Source: Mizuhopecten yessoensis
Taxonomy: Eukaryota
NCBI RefSeq assembly: GCF_002113885.1
Contig: NW_018403859.1
Location: 29,037-93,036, forward strand
Length of the DNA: 64,000 nt
Reading direction: 5' to 3'
The first letter of the stretch is position 1. Every line of letters begins with the position of its first letter. The translations under genes were made by a program, and so were the position numbers. This document shows positions 1 to 13,481 of the stretch, one piece after another. Below the pieces are notes generated by a model. The model did no database searches and had not been told where the DNA came from. It saw nothing but the letters and a program-made list of their open reading frames with translations.

Positions 1-1725
1 AATGATATAGTCAAATGTCTTGGTCAATCAACAGAAGGGTCGTTATTTGTGGATGACTTCTTGATCTGTTACAGATCTAAGAACATGCACACGATAGAAC
101 GACAACTTCAACAGAGTTTAAACAAACTACAAAATTGGGCAGACGAAAACGGCTTCAAATTCTCTAAATCCAAAACTGTGTGCATGCATTTCTGTCAAAA
201 ACGAAAAGCACACAATGACCCAAATCTAACACTCGATGGCACTAGAATTCCTGTTGTTGAACAGACTAAATTTCTCGGCCTCATTTTTGATTCGAAACTC
301 TCTTTCATACCACATATAAAGTATCTGAAGGATAAGTGTTCCAAGGCGTTAAACATTATACGAGTCCTTTCTCATACTGATTGGGGAGCGGATCGTGAAA
401 TGCTTTTGCGCCTATACAGATCACTTATTCGAACAAAACTGGATTATGGTTCTATGGTATACGGGTCAGCGCGCAGTTCGTACCTTCAGATGCTAGATCC
501 AATCCATAACCAAGGGCTACGTCTTGCCCTGGGAGCTTTTCGAACAACACCTGTAAAAAGCCTGTACGTGGAAGCAAATGAACCATCCCTTTATGACAGA
601 AGAATAAAACTTTCATTACAATTTGCAACTCAATTAAAATCAAACCCTAAAAATCCTGCTTTCAACCAAGTATTCAACCCCAAATACCAAAACATATTTA
701 CGCAAAACCAAAAACTTCTGCCAACATTTGGTATCCGAATTTTGAATTTCCTGCAAGAACTCAACATAAAATTGACGGACATAGCTGAATTTAACATATC
801 TGATGTTCCTCCGTGGACCATTCAAACCCCCGATTTTAACTTTACATTACATGAGCGAGGGAAATCAAGTGTTATGCCCGAAGAACACAAATCCTCCTTT
901 CGGGAATGCATTTCGAATTACCCTTCTCATACACAACTTTACACCGATGGCTCCAAAGAAGGTGAGAAAGTGGCAGCAGCCTGCTGTACTGCCAATACTT
1001 GCACTTCAGTCCGACTACCAGACGGCGCCTCCATCTTTTCTGCTGAAGCATGCGCCATTGGTTTGGCCCTCGACCATATCGATGAACACCGCATTAAAAA
1101 GGCAATTATTTGTTCAGACTCTCTATCTGTCCTACAGAGTTTACAGTTACGAGATCCTAAAAACACAATCGTACAAAACCTTGCTCATCGAATATCTCGT
1201 ATATTAAAAAAGTCTAAAATAACTTTACTATGGATTCCGAGCCATGTCGGAATAAAAGGCAACGAATTTGCTGACAGGGAAGCAAAAAATGCATTGAATC
1301 TCGAACAAACAAATATCAAACTACCATACACAGATTTTAAACCTACTATTCGTACAGCCATTCAAAATGAATGGCAGAAACGCTGGTCTCTGGAGACCAA
1401 CAACAAACTTTTTAAGATACAACCGAAACTTAAAACATCTATTCCCAGTCGGAAAGATCGTAGAGAGGAAGTTGTCCTCGCTCGGCTCCGCACTGGGCAC
1501 ACATATCCTACTCATTCGTACCTTTTAAAACGAGAAGATATACCTTCATGCCACGCATGTGACACTCCATTTACAGTGGAGCATTTTTTAATAGAATGTT
1601 CCGATTTTAAACACATTCGTGATAACTACTTCCGAGTCCCGGATATGAAAACACTTTTCAGTTCCGTGGATTCGAAGGCATTATTTAACTATTTGAAAGA
1701 CATCGGTCTATTTTATAGACTCTGA
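1..1725 (+). CDS. LINE ORF2 (reverse transcriptase-RNase H), 5' part outside the window
   Basis: 558-aa ORF from 49, with the frame open back to position 1; no stops or frameshifts. Confidence 0.9.
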   Translation, partial: NDIVKCLGQSTEGSLFVDDFLICYRSKNMHTIERQLQQSLNKLQNWADENGFKFSKSKTVCMHFCQKRKAHNDPNLTLDGTRIPVVEQTKFLGLIFDSKLSFIPHIKYLKDKCSKALNIIRVLSHTDWGADREMLLRLYRSLIRTKLDYGSMVYGSARSSYLQMLDPIHNQGLRLALGAFRTTPVKSLYVEANEPSLYDRRIKLSLQFATQLKSNPKNPAFNQVFNPKYQNIFTQNQKLLPTFGIRILNFLQELNIKLTDIAEFNISDVPPWTIQTPDFNFTLHERGKSSVMPEEHKSSFRECISNYPSHTQLYTDGSKEGEKVAAACCTANTCTSVRLPDGASIFSAEACAIGLALDHIDEHRIKKAIICSDSLSVLQSLQLRDPKNTIVQNLAHRISRILKKSKITLLWIPSHVGIKGNEFADREAKNALNLEQTNIKLPYTDFKPTIRTAIQNEWQKRWSLETNNKLFKIQPKLKTSIPSRKDRREEVVLARLRTGHTYPTHSYLLKREDIPSCHACDTPFTVEHFLIECSDFKHIRDNYFRVPDMKTLFSSVDSKALFNYLKDIGLFYRL

Positions 1726-2005
1726 TGTCTTTTAACCCACCTTATCCTTTTTGACGTTATATATATATCGCATATTCCATATCATCTATTCGTTATCTCT
1801 TTTATTATTTTAACCCCCTTTTATTATTTTTAATTATCTACACATACAATGCGAATACTTTTAAAATGAACCATTTTATCTGATTTTATCTTCGCTATTC
1901 ACATGTTTGTTAAAAAAGTAAAATAAATAAATAAATCACCATGGCCCTAAATGACCACAGCCGTCGATGGGCCGTTAAACATAAACAAAGAAAAACAAAA
2001 CAAAC
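1..2005 (+). mobile_element. Non-LTR retrotransposon (I/Nimb-like clade), 3' half: end of RT + RNase H + CCHC finger, 3'UTR and A-rich tail
   Basis: Open frame from the window start to TGA at 1725. It contains the RT motif LFVDD, KFLGLIFD, RNase H motifs (YTDGSK, AEACAI, SDSLS, WIPSHVGIKGNEFAD) and the CHAC..EHFLIEC zinc finger. An AT-rich 3'UTR ends in taaatgacc..gatgggccgttaaac followed by an (aaac)-like tail. Confidence 0.93.
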
Positions 2006-2158
2006 TAAGGATGCTCCAGGCCAAATTAAGTCGAAATCTACTGGGTCGTTCAGGACAAGTGGCATTTTAAAGAAGAAGTGGACGGACGGACGGACGGACG
2101 ATGGACGTTGCGGTATGGCATAAACTCACAATGTTCCTTCGGACCGGGGGAGCTAAAT
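2006..2158 (-). mobile_element. Terminus of a non-autonomous Helentron/HINE-like (CvA/pearl-type) element with (GTCC)n microsatellite
   Basis: The minus strand begins tttagctccccc..., followed by a short hairpin, (gtcc)4 and a repeat-unit-like sequence. This matches the layout known from bivalve Helentron-associated elements. Confidence 0.6.
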
Positions 2159-2274
2159 ATTGAAGTTCGAACAAGTTTGAATTTTGTACAGTAGTAAACA
2201 AGTCTAAATATACCACAATCCCCCAAAATCAATTTCAGTGTTCGTACTCAGGGCAACGGCAATATGCCTACTCC

Positions 2275-2403
2275 TAACACGATTTCTCACCCGGGTGAGA
2301 AATCGTGCAGAGGTGAGAAATCGTGTTGCGAACTCAGCAATTTTAGCACGATTTCCCACCTGGGTAAGAAATCGTGTCGGGTTGAGAAATCGTGCCGTAA
2401 CAC
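2275..2403. repeat. Palindromic/foldback repeat cluster (cacgatttctcacc motif), probable MITE arm
   Basis: Perfect 30-bp palindrome cacgatttctcacccgggtgagaaatcgtg at 2278-2307, a second imperfect one near 2347-2378, and extra agaaatcgtg copies. Confidence 0.7.
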
Positions 2404-2859
2404 CCGGGACAGATTTTGAGTACAATTTTTTTTTTTAGGTTTCTTCAACGTTAATTATTTTTTAATATATGAAGCATACATGTAACTTGTACAATGGAAA
2501 CATAGTGATGCTTATAAGTATTTCACTATGATTAACAATACAGTAAAACCTCACTCCGGACACTAAGTCTAGTTGACATTTCCTGTTGTCTGCAATATTA
2601 GTGAGATAATATAGACAACCCGAAACTTTTGAACCCCACCGTTGTTTCCGTCTCTGCCTCTAGACTCGTTGATCGGGGCATTTTAATCCAAAATGAAATT
2701 CGTCATCCACGTCAATTTGAATGGACAAAGTCTAACGAACGGAACCTACATTCCGATTTTTTCAAGATTCAATTAAAACTGTGTTTACCTTGTCCTCCAT
2801 GTTAGATAAAAAGCCGGACGGACCGCTCCGTTAGTTGTAGCGATTGTTTAAGATCCCCG

Positions 2860-3396
2860 ATCTTTACTTCATATACCACCTATACCCTCCTACGTCATCT
2901 ATACTTTCTATACCACCTATACTTCATATACCACCTATACCCTCCTACGTCATCTATACTTCCTATACCACCTATACTTCCCATACCATCTATACCCTCC
3001 TACGTCATCTATACTTCCTATACCACCTATACTTCATATACCACCTATACCCTCCTACATCATCTATACTACCTATACCACATATACAATCCTACGTCAT
3101 CTTTACTTCATATGCCACATATACTTCCTATACCATATATACCCTCCTAAATCAGCTTTATTAACTATATCCTCCTACATCACCTATACTCTGTCACACC
3201 ACCTATACCCCCTTACACCACCTATACCCCCTACATCACCTTTACTTCCTATAACCACCAACTCTCCTACATCATCTTCACTTTCTATACCTTCTTACGT
3301 AACCTTAACTTCCTGTACCACATATACCTCCTACATCACCTATACGTCATATACCACCTATACCCTCCTACATCACCTATACTTCCTATACCACCT
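2860..3396. repeat. Degenerate C/T/A-rich minisatellite (about 18-19 bp units: atacttcctataccacct / ataccctcctacgtcatct)
   Basis: Directly visible tandem units. Confidence 0.9.
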
Positions 3397-3439
3397 TCAA
3401 CGCACATTCAACGCTAAATTTAAAAAGCACATCAAACGG

Positions 3440-3512
3440 TCAACGCAAACTCAACGGAAACGCAACGCAAACGCAACGCAAACGCAGCGGAAACGCAGCG
3501 GAAACGCAACGC
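3440..3512. repeat. (AACGCA)-type microsatellite
   Basis: aacgcaacgcaaacgcaacgcaaacgcagcggaaacgc... Confidence 0.8.
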
Positions 3513-4440
3513 ACTTTTGGTAAAGAAAAACGGTTCGGGCTCTGTATGTGTGAGAAAATTACGTCGTTTTCTCAAAAATTGATGACGTTACTCTCACAAA
3601 CAAGTGACGTAACAATCAATACCTGCTTCCAAGAGAAGATAACTCTGCAATACGCAAAGACGGAATATCCGCTCCGAACACAAACTGTTTCAAAAATAGA
3701 CTAGACTTTTGGGAAAACCGAGACCTGGTTTATAATTACAGAGCCGAACTTTTAATTTAAACTTTTAATCTAAATTTAACGGAACTGTCTATATTATGTA
3801 TATTACATTGTACAGTTTGTCTATAATATTGTTTGTACTATGTACTGTATGATCTAAAGTCCAGTTAAGAGGATTGTTTAAATACTCTACTGGAATAAAC
3901 CTAACTCAAAAATCACATTCATGAATAATTCAACCGTCAAAGTTTCATTTAGGTTTGTTATTTTTGTCACGGGGTGAGAACACTCTAATCGAACACTGTC
4001 ACGTACTAAGACGCTGCTGGGTTTGAACACGGATAGTGCGGAAACTTCAGATAAAACCTTGTTTAACGTTTGTCCTGAGAATTTCTCGTGTTACAAAGGG
4101 GTTTGGAAATCATATCTAGGGCGACATAACGAGGAACATCTTCGCCTATCATGGGTTAGGTATTATCCATTCTTATGTGTTGCTGCTGTGAAAGACATAG
4201 ACCATAGCCCGCGGTAAACAAAGATGGTAAAGGGATTGTGAAGAGGAAGATAAAGACGGGACATGAAATATGCTGGCAGCGAATGAAACCTAACTACTTA
4301 TGAAACCTTGGCATATCAGAAGCTTTGGTTAACGTTAAGTTAGGCCAATTATATCAGATGTACGCAATATCTTTTGTAATGATAACGTAAATAGCTAGTG
4401 AAATAGCTAATAAACGTAACGGAACACAAATAAATCTTGC

Positions 4441-4512
4441 ATATATATATACATTGTATATACATATATATATACATTGTATATACATATAATATACATT
4501 ATATATATATAT
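4441..4512. repeat. (TA)n / atatatacattgt microsatellite
   Basis: Visible tandem repeat. Confidence 0.85.
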
Positions 4513-7500
4513 GCAGAATATTTATGATTTTGTTTTAAAATGTATAGAAACAATACTTACGTGTTGCAATATGAAACTAACAATTAGGATATATGTATCT
4601 AAATATGTATATAATTATACAGTGATAGAAGGTGTTGGAGAAAAAATGCAACATTGTATGGTCAACGTGAAAACGGGAGTTATCAGAGTTTAATATAGAA
4701 TAATAAGTTGCAAAACTAAAACTATTTTAAAATCAATCAAAATCACATTTTTTTCATAACATTTAGGTGAACGATAAGTTTATAATGCAAAATTATACAC
4801 TGTACGCGAGAAAAGTAAATCGAAATTTACATGTGCAGTAGATATACAGTAGCTAATGAGATTGTGTTTACGCGATCTACTGTATCAACCGTTGATATAA
4901 ACCATTATCACATGAAATATGTGTTTGAGTATTGGGTCTGAATGAAGCTATCTACATATTATTTTAAATAGTATTTTAGTTAAAATCTGTATGGATATAC
5001 ATGGTTGATATCACGTTTACATACTCGTGAGCAGCTGATTGAGACACACACATGTATAATTCAAAAGGGCAAACATGCACATATTTGGAAATAGATATTA
5101 CGGTAAAAGTAATTACTGTCTTCGCCAATAACATTCCCGGTACATTTTTCTTAAAATTCAAGACGGGATGTTAGTGTTCAGAAATATCGACCAATATTTC
5201 CGACTTTTCGTTAAAAAAAAATCTTGATAATTTGAGTGGAGAACGATGCTTTAGGTGAATTTACGTGCAAGTAAATCATGTGGAATACAAAGATTCGACC
5301 GAACTGATCATTTCCAACAAGTTCTAAAGTCTAATAACTTTGATAACGGTACGGCATTATAAAGAACTATTTCTGATTACTGGTTTAAAAATAGAGAGAA
5401 CATGTGTATAAAATGGTACACTGTTTACGTTTGTAGTTACAACGTAACCACGGGTTCCAAAGTGTATTACCTATGTCAATATACACACAAGCAAATAATG
5501 TCATAACAACCTTCGAAACTATAAGAGTGAAGATCTACTACAGTGATACATCAACCGGTTTCGTAGTTGCCCAGCAACCCACAACACACCAGGTGACGAC
5601 TTTATCGTTCGAAATCTGTGGGCAGTCTAACCATTTGTCCATACATGTATTTTTCCATTTAGGGTAGGGGTCAATATGATTGTCAGTTTCAAGTTACATG
5701 TATAATGTCTGTATCAACTGCTGTCAAAGGCCTGTCTTAACTCCGGTAAAGCAACGCCTCATCCTCAATCGCTCAACCCGTTGTTTGTGACACGATCTCT
5801 GATTAATTTTTATAAAATCTCTTTTTTCCCCATTCCATTATTAGGCTGATCTCTATAAGTTAATCCAAATATCGATTACAGTTAAACCTTGAATAACGTT
5901 TGGGCATTGATACTATAGGTGCATTGCAGGTACATATCCATGCGACTGAACCCACCAAAGCCTTCTGCTATGATGAGTTTCCGCCTTATGAGTGTTAAGG
6001 TGATCAGATGAGTATGAATTCTAACATTGTAAACATGATGCTAAAACTTTCCTTGTTTCACTCATTTCTGCTTCATCGTGGCGCTGCGCTTATCCATGAG
6101 CTTGTATCCTTGTACTTATGCTTCTCTTGAGTGAATCTCCTGACCAGTAAGACTTTCTCCACAAAATGGAGTTGTTTGATGGGCTCCCCTTCATGAGTGT
6201 CTAGCACTTCATATAACACGTTCGAAAAGGACAATTCGAAATGCTAAATTGCTGCATTCACCTCTATCTTGGATTTCCTGACAATGCAGTAAGTTGTCAA
6301 TACTAAGCATACCCCCGGCTATCGCTATTCTTTTAAATGACCAGTTAAACCTAAATTTGGAGGTCCCGTAGTCTTTTTCTCTATCGAAGATGTTGATCGT
6401 TTATTTCACACATTCTAATTTCTGAACCTTTTTAGTTGCGTATTTCATGTTGACTTAGACAACAATCCATGTCCGTAAAAGATTAAATACTCTGGTCGAA
6501 AATATGATCACCAAAGCTTCTAATCCAGTCTTTTTCACCAAAGCTTCTAATCCAGTCTTTTTCGGTACCTCCAATATTGGGCCTCTTGTGTTTGTCATCT
6601 GTGAAAATACCTAACGTTAGGGATCATAATTGCGTTTGTCGGGAACAACGATAAAAAATATACGAACTTCAATAAAGTGTAGTGTAACATATCTTAATGA
6701 CTATATTTTATAATTATGCGACTTAGTAACAAGTAACAGTAAAACATATATTAAAAATACCGTGCCGTGAACTGTAGGGACAACTGCGCTTAAGATTGAA
6801 TATAACTTTAAAAAAATTATTATAAGTATATCGATAAAATTCCAATGACTAACAGTTTATTTATGCCAAGTATAAGTGTGCGAAGCCTTTTCCAGGCTGC
6901 TTCTTATCTTACCAGGCTGCTTCTTATCTTACCAGGCTCAGGCCTAGGTTGAAGCCTTGTTTACGTTATTACTATACACAAGCGAATTTTAGAGATGTCA
7001 CGAGAGAAGAATCCAACGAATGATCACTATGTGTTCGACTCGGTCGGAGGTAATGTTAACGTGTTCGACAGGGTCAGGGATCATGTTTACTCAATAAACG
7101 TGCTTTTATCTTAATTGATAAAAATCTGTTACGACACATGGTTTGCTAAACGACTTTATTATTGACGTTTGCAGTAGTATCAACAAACAAATGTCGTAAA
7201 AGCAAAACAAGCGAGCCAAATTTTGACAATGAATATCGTCATTCTAAAAAGACCAATTGGGTTATGTGTGACATTATGTAAATCATCCAATTCTTTATGG
7301 CACGTAAGAAAATAAAATGTAATTCCTATCTGTTTTATATCTTTTACACGTTTTACACCCTGGTCGAGGTATTACCGGAAAGACGATAACTTTTGCTATG
7401 TAAGAAAAATAAGAAAAGCCAGTTGCATCATGCTGATAGGACAAAGGAACAGAGGTTAGCGACACGGTAACTTTAAACGACAACCTATGGTGAGATTCAA

Positions 7501-10479
7501 CAGTGGCTACTTCATTCAGGAAGGTAGCCTTTTGATAAGATTGACAACGGAATTTGTTTTGTCCAGCAAAAAGATGAAGATACGATAACAAGGAGACAGC
7601 TGACCATCGCTCATAGAGCTAAATCTACAAGTGTGTCAAGGTAAGGCATAATGCGATAATAGCGTTAGTACATGTACAGTGTACATGTACCATACAATAA
7701 GAGCCTTTTTACGAACATAATGTTCTCTTTATGCATGTAAATGACTTAAACGACGATAGTTCACAGTGACGGTATTTACGACGGAATTCCAAATTCACAC
7801 ATCCAATTTCTTGCTTCAGTGGTAAATTAATTTTAAAAAATCACATTTTTTTAATGATTTGGAAGAATATAAGATAAATGTAAAGCCGTAAGCAGTTTTC
7901 TCATTTTAATCTAGACTTTTTGACCGAGTCACACTATGTCAGCGAATTACAAGAAAGCTGATTTTACCTTCGCTTGAATATGAAAACGGTTGCATGAATA
8001 TTTCCCCGGACTTATGATATTGTAATCGTAATGTGAAGAATGCATCGTATACGCGGTTTTGATCTTATGACTGGCCAGTAAGAGTTTTACGTCTTGATAT
8101 CAACGTGCTCTGAATATTTTGTGTTTATATTCATCGATAACTGTGACCATGGATGCTCATTGAGAAAATGTCAAATAAGTCCTCTTCTGACGATAAATCA
8201 GAACATTTGTGTACTCAAATATAGATCATCCATTGAAACGAAAGATACAATATTACATGTATGTTGTCCTACAGGACACTATCGAAAATAAATACTGATA
8301 ACGCCTACCTCATCACTGCACCTTTCTATTTATAACACTGCCTAATACATTAGACTTACGATAAGAAACAGGCAATATGTGCTGCTGGAATCATTCGTTT
8401 ATCAGCGTTATCAGTATCAATATTGACGGTTTTTGACTTATATTTTTGTAGACCAATCAATATGTATAAATTTCACAAATGTGTTACACTGCAATTCATT
8501 GCCTTTAGGCCACCACATATTATATTATGTTCAAACGAGATAAGGCAGTATAAAATAACGACGACAATATGACATGAAATACACCATACATTTTTGGATT
8601 CCGACCAGTTGAGTTGGTGACAAGTTTCACTCAAATGACGATATGTATATATGTAAACTGAAAGATTCTCCTATAACATGTGACGGTTAACGTGTAGTAA
8701 AGTATTCTGACCAGATAATAACGACCACACGTAACATTCCGACTTAGTTTTGAACAATGGTCGAGTGATGGAACACACAGACATTGTCATATCTATCCCC
8801 ACAAGTCGACACAAAGTATCGAACCACCGTGACATACAGTCATGACTTCGTGCAGCTAAATTACATCTTATTTTAGATCATGATGGTTGCTGTTTGGAAT
8901 ATGTTGAGTGCCATATATAAAACCTTTACATCGCCCACATAGCGATGGCACCATGACAATGGTACGATGGCGTGTACAATAGATAGACCATCATATATAG
9001 CTTACTATCTCATCTCAGAGGAACGGCTTAACATATGGCATACCTACATGCAATACAAGGACAGGCTATCACAATCAATCACCAAATGTCGTTGGTCGAG
9101 GTCAACCGGACAATTGGTTCATGTAGTGTCGTGGGCGTATTACTTAGTATCTAGTGTAATAGCTCTTGTAAAATATAGTATGAGTTTGAAGTTTTGAAAA
9201 ACTAGTAAAACTAGTAAAATTACTCTGCACACCTTACTTTAGGTCCAAATATAGTTGTAGCAAATTCTCAGGTCCCTGTGGTATTATTAATCATTAGGGT
9301 TGTCATTTTTACTAAAAGTCGATCTAAATCCCTAAAACATGTATTTTAGGTCAAAGTATAGCTGTAACAAATTATCAGGTTCCAGTGGTAGATACCATAT
9401 ATTCCCTCATAGTGTTAATAAGCCATTTGGTACCAACTATTCCTTTAAAAATGCTAAAAATATTTAATTTTGATAAGAATATAGATCTAACATGTAATAT
9501 TATTAACTTTCTTGTAGTGTACCTACCTGATGCAGTGTGTATACGCTCCCTATCGATAGGCGAAACATCCTGGGTCGAAGGACATACAGAATATACATAT
9601 GTACAATTGCGTCACATCGTTGTACAGGTAAATAAATCGTTTCGACACGTTTAATACGTACATTGACTGTGTAGAAATTAAAACTTTGATAAAACACATT
9701 TCCAAACTGATCAATCTTATTGAAGATATTGAACCATGACAGTTAAAATGTATTTGATCTGAAATTGTTATTTTACCTGTCACAACAAGACACATATTTA
9801 TAATTTACCATATTTTATTATCATGAGCTTTCTAAAAAGCTTTTAAACACAATAATTGTTTTCTATGGCTGGTGGAAGCTAATGTTCAAATACACGCTGG
9901 TATTGATGTTTCAAGCACATTAGATATCACAATTAATTATAACGAATTATGCAATTTATACAATTTACTTAAGCATGTGTGAAGTTTTTGACTGTATCTA
10001 AAGTTTATATCTAAATATGTTGCTCCACATAATTCTGGTTCAGCTTTGAGCAATAATTAAACAATAGTATCGTTTGAGTATATTTTGTTTACATTTTAGA
10101 AAGAAACAGTTCCAGTTTTGGATGCTTGAGTACTCATTATGCACTCGTTTATTACTTTGAGGTGACTACCACCAAGGACCTATTGACTACTACTCACCTA
10201 CAATGTAGTAAATACTTAATAACCCCATGTGTGTCTATATCAATGTCAAGTCTTTCGGATTGCCACGGCAATGTTTTTTTTACTAAAACTGTATAACGAG
10301 GAAAACAAGAAATATATAGTTCATACAAAGTATTTTTGTATATACATGCGACCATTTTAAACCGAAAATGATTTTTGAGTGCTGAAGAACCACCTGTACG
10401 ATGGAGGAAGAGGTGACTTTTAAACACTCTCTATCAAGAGTCAGCAACATCTTGGTTTTGAGGTTACAATTATGTTATG

Positions 10480-10680
10480 TAATAAACAGGATCCTTGTAT
10501 AAAATTATTACTACCCACGTCCGGGTATCCCCTTACCAGGCGTACTCCTAATGTTTGAAACAAGGATTGGTCACAGGCACCAATGTAACAGGGCGGGAAA
10601 ATGCACGGCCAGACCGGGGTTGGTTCGAACCCGGGACCCTAATAACTCTAAACAGATGATTAATTGAGCTACCTAGTCGA
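10480..10680 (-). mobile_element. tRNA-derived SINE remnant
   Basis: Minus-strand B-box gggtcccgggttcgaacc followed by a SINE-like body (tttcccgccctgttacattggtgcc...). Confidence 0.55.
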
Positions 10681-11204
10681 CGATGATCGAAGTGTCTGTG
10701 GATCAAATCATGGAATTGTTGAGATCTCAACTCTTTGACCATATCTGTGATCGCATTGCCATAAAGGGACGGATATAATCCTGCTTCTATAAGATAGCCT
10801 GCTGGTACTGTCGATCCCGTAGGATTTAGCCTCTTGGCCATTACATGTGCATGGTAATGGTAGAGACAGCCAACCATATATATAATTCCTAGTCATGAAG
10901 AAATGGATACACAAAGGCTACGACAAGTAACTTCAGGGATAAGCTCAATAAAATTGAAATACCTGTATTTGCGATTTCAACCAAACAGCCAACCATGTGC
11001 TTGTTGGCATAAAGAAAAGAACACAATCATGGTTGTTCCGTTAGATTTAGCCCCATTATTATATATATATTTGCCTAGACTGACTTTTATCACGATTGCT
11101 TAAATATCAAAGCGAAAATTATCCCTGTGACGAGTAGACAAATGTTTCAACAATGAATAACACTTCAATTATATTGTACTTTGATATACTTATATGGTTT
11201 ACAC

Positions 11205-11332
11205 TCATTTACAGCTGAGTAGACTGGAACAAGCGGAGTGAAGTATCTTGTTCAAGGATACAACGCAGTGCCGTGACGTGACTCAAATATGCAACCCTTC
11301 GGTTACGAGCCCGGCGTCCTACCACTAGACTA
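11205..11332 (-). mobile_element. tRNA-derived SINE remnant (CORE/MIR-like)
   Basis: Minus-strand head tagtctagtggtaggacgccgggctcg..., then gttgtatccttgaacaagatacttcac, resembling the CORE domain. Confidence 0.55.
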
Positions 11333-13338
11333 TTTACGTTCTAAGTTTTAGTTATTTTTGACATAAACAAGGATGTTCCCTTATAGTTGCGGTATTGAAG
11401 TGTCTGTGTCATCAGCACAGACGAGATTCCTGGAACAGCCCTACGTCACCAAAATAATTGCTTCTAACGGTTGTCTCATGTTTATCAAGGCAAGAGGAGA
11501 AACTCCAAAATGACGCTGATCCAATTGCGACCATAGCTCTTTGAACACAATTTGTGATGGTAATGCTTATAGAGGAACTTGCAGTGGAATGTGACAGATT
11601 AAAGTACGCTCTTATTGATTGACCGTCTTTAGAATTTTCCACCAACTTGTCCCATATTCTGCAATGAAACATAATGTACAACTACTTATACAGTATAGTA
11701 CAAATCCCCTTTTTATGCAATACAGATGAAATCAACATTCATGATACTTTACGCAATGAATGGAGCATCACGATCGAGTCGAGGGTGCCTATGTCTGTTT
11801 GAGCTGTGAATGTGTTGACGGATGCGGCTCAGAAAGCAGACGCTGTCTAGCTCAGGTACTTACAATATCAATAAAATTCTGAAGGAGGTATATGGCAGCT
11901 GAGCCTGCTGTGATCAAAACGTTTAAAAATAAAAAAAAATAATTATATACTCTCTGTTCAGACTGCCGGTAGCATACCTAACTTGGATATGCGTTTTCAC
12001 AGATCAAGAAATCTGAACCTTTGAACAATATGCAACAAGAAATGGGGTTGCATTTGGGTATCAATTTTTAACAACTTGAAAATGTTGATATCTGAGATTC
12101 AGCGATAATAGGGACAACATACATTGTTCTTATACATTCCAATCCTGGGGAGTTTTAAGCCAAAGAAAGCTCCTCTGTACCAACACTGATCTATCAAGGA
12201 GCGTATATTTGTGATCTGTGGACTCAACACGAAAACACTTATATGTACATGTACCTTTTGCCATGTTGCTGCATTGCATAGGCTCAAGAACAGATTTCTT
12301 ACACAAATAATAGTATATGTTAGCAACCCCCCTCCATTTCTCATATGCAACCATATGCATCATGTTATGTACATATGTTTTTAATCGTGTCTATTAAGCC
12401 ACTCATGGCTGGATACATTTATATAAAAGTTCAACTAATTTATTGTAACATTTGTGATTGTATAATATGTGTTTGACACGTAAATAAATTAAAATATTGA
12501 ATTTGAAGAATCCCAAAGCAAACAAAAAATGACTGTATGCGATAATTATCAATTATGACGACATAATGACTGATGACATTGAACGCAGGGAATCTGCGCG
12601 ATGGCACAGATATTGTAAAAAAAATGAAAAAGAGAAGAAATATTCACTAAGACTGATTTTTGTGTATTGAAATTGATTATTTTCTGTCGCAACTAGTTCT
12701 ACAATTAAGTAAATCCAAAATCGCAGCCTCCATTAACGGAACTTGTGCACGCGCAATTTCCCAAATTAAGCAAGTACCTTGTCTTCTTATTTGGGAGAGA
12801 TATTTTTGTACGTTTTGATTGGATTTCTCGTATGTAATACGTGATACCTATGAAGCCTGCTTCGCTGGCTCACGCAAGAAAATGTTGAGCGCAAGAGCGT
12901 TCGCCATGAATGGTCTTCATATTGCTGAAAATCTATACATAAGGAACCATTTTGTATTTTTTTTTTTAAATTCATGAAAAGGTTGGTAAATAAAAGTACT
13001 TATTCAATTAGACGAAATCAAGGGACCACATATACATGATGACCCCTATCCCCCTTAATTTTGTATGGTATTGTTAAAAAACGGGATATAGTGCTGTGTC
13101 CATCTCGAACGTACGTTCGTTGAAAAATGAAACATATCAGCTTTAGTACATTACCGGCGTCATTTCATAAACATATACACTCTTTTACAGATAGTTTTTC
13201 CAAAACACCCAATACATTTTGCATCCCAATGTCTACATGCTCGAATCTTAGTTATCGGGCTTTGAAAAAAAGTCCCCAAGACTTATATATAACAAACGAT
13301 TTGTATTGCAATGTAATTAGAGTAGTAGATTACTTTAC

Positions 13339-13481
13339 CTGTGGGAGTGTTCGGACAGGATAAACACAGGAACCATCTGCTGGAGCGCGAACAAAATCTG
13401 AGGGAACAAAACAAGGGCCATAAGACGGCGCTGGTACGGGCCAAACTCGCCCAACTCTTTGATGACGTCATCAAATGTCAT
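13339..13481 (-). CDS. First coding exon of an SLC22 / organic cation transporter-like MFS protein
   Basis: Translates MTFDDVIKELGEFGPYQRRLMALVLFPQILFALQQMVPVFILSEHSHR. This is the hallmark SLC22 N-terminus (FDD.L...GEFG.YQ) plus TM1, ending at an AG|gtaaag donor just before the conserved HRC cysteine. Confidence 0.88.

Noticed and set aside
2844-3164. 106-aa ORF
   Set aside because: Translation of a low-complexity minisatellite.
5900-6320. Possible decayed LINE endonuclease fragment (SDH motif on the minus strand)
   Set aside because: Too degenerate to support by eye.
8930-9480. Degenerate Helentron-like repeat units (about 105-bp periodicity)
   Set aside because: Similarity is too weak to define boundaries.
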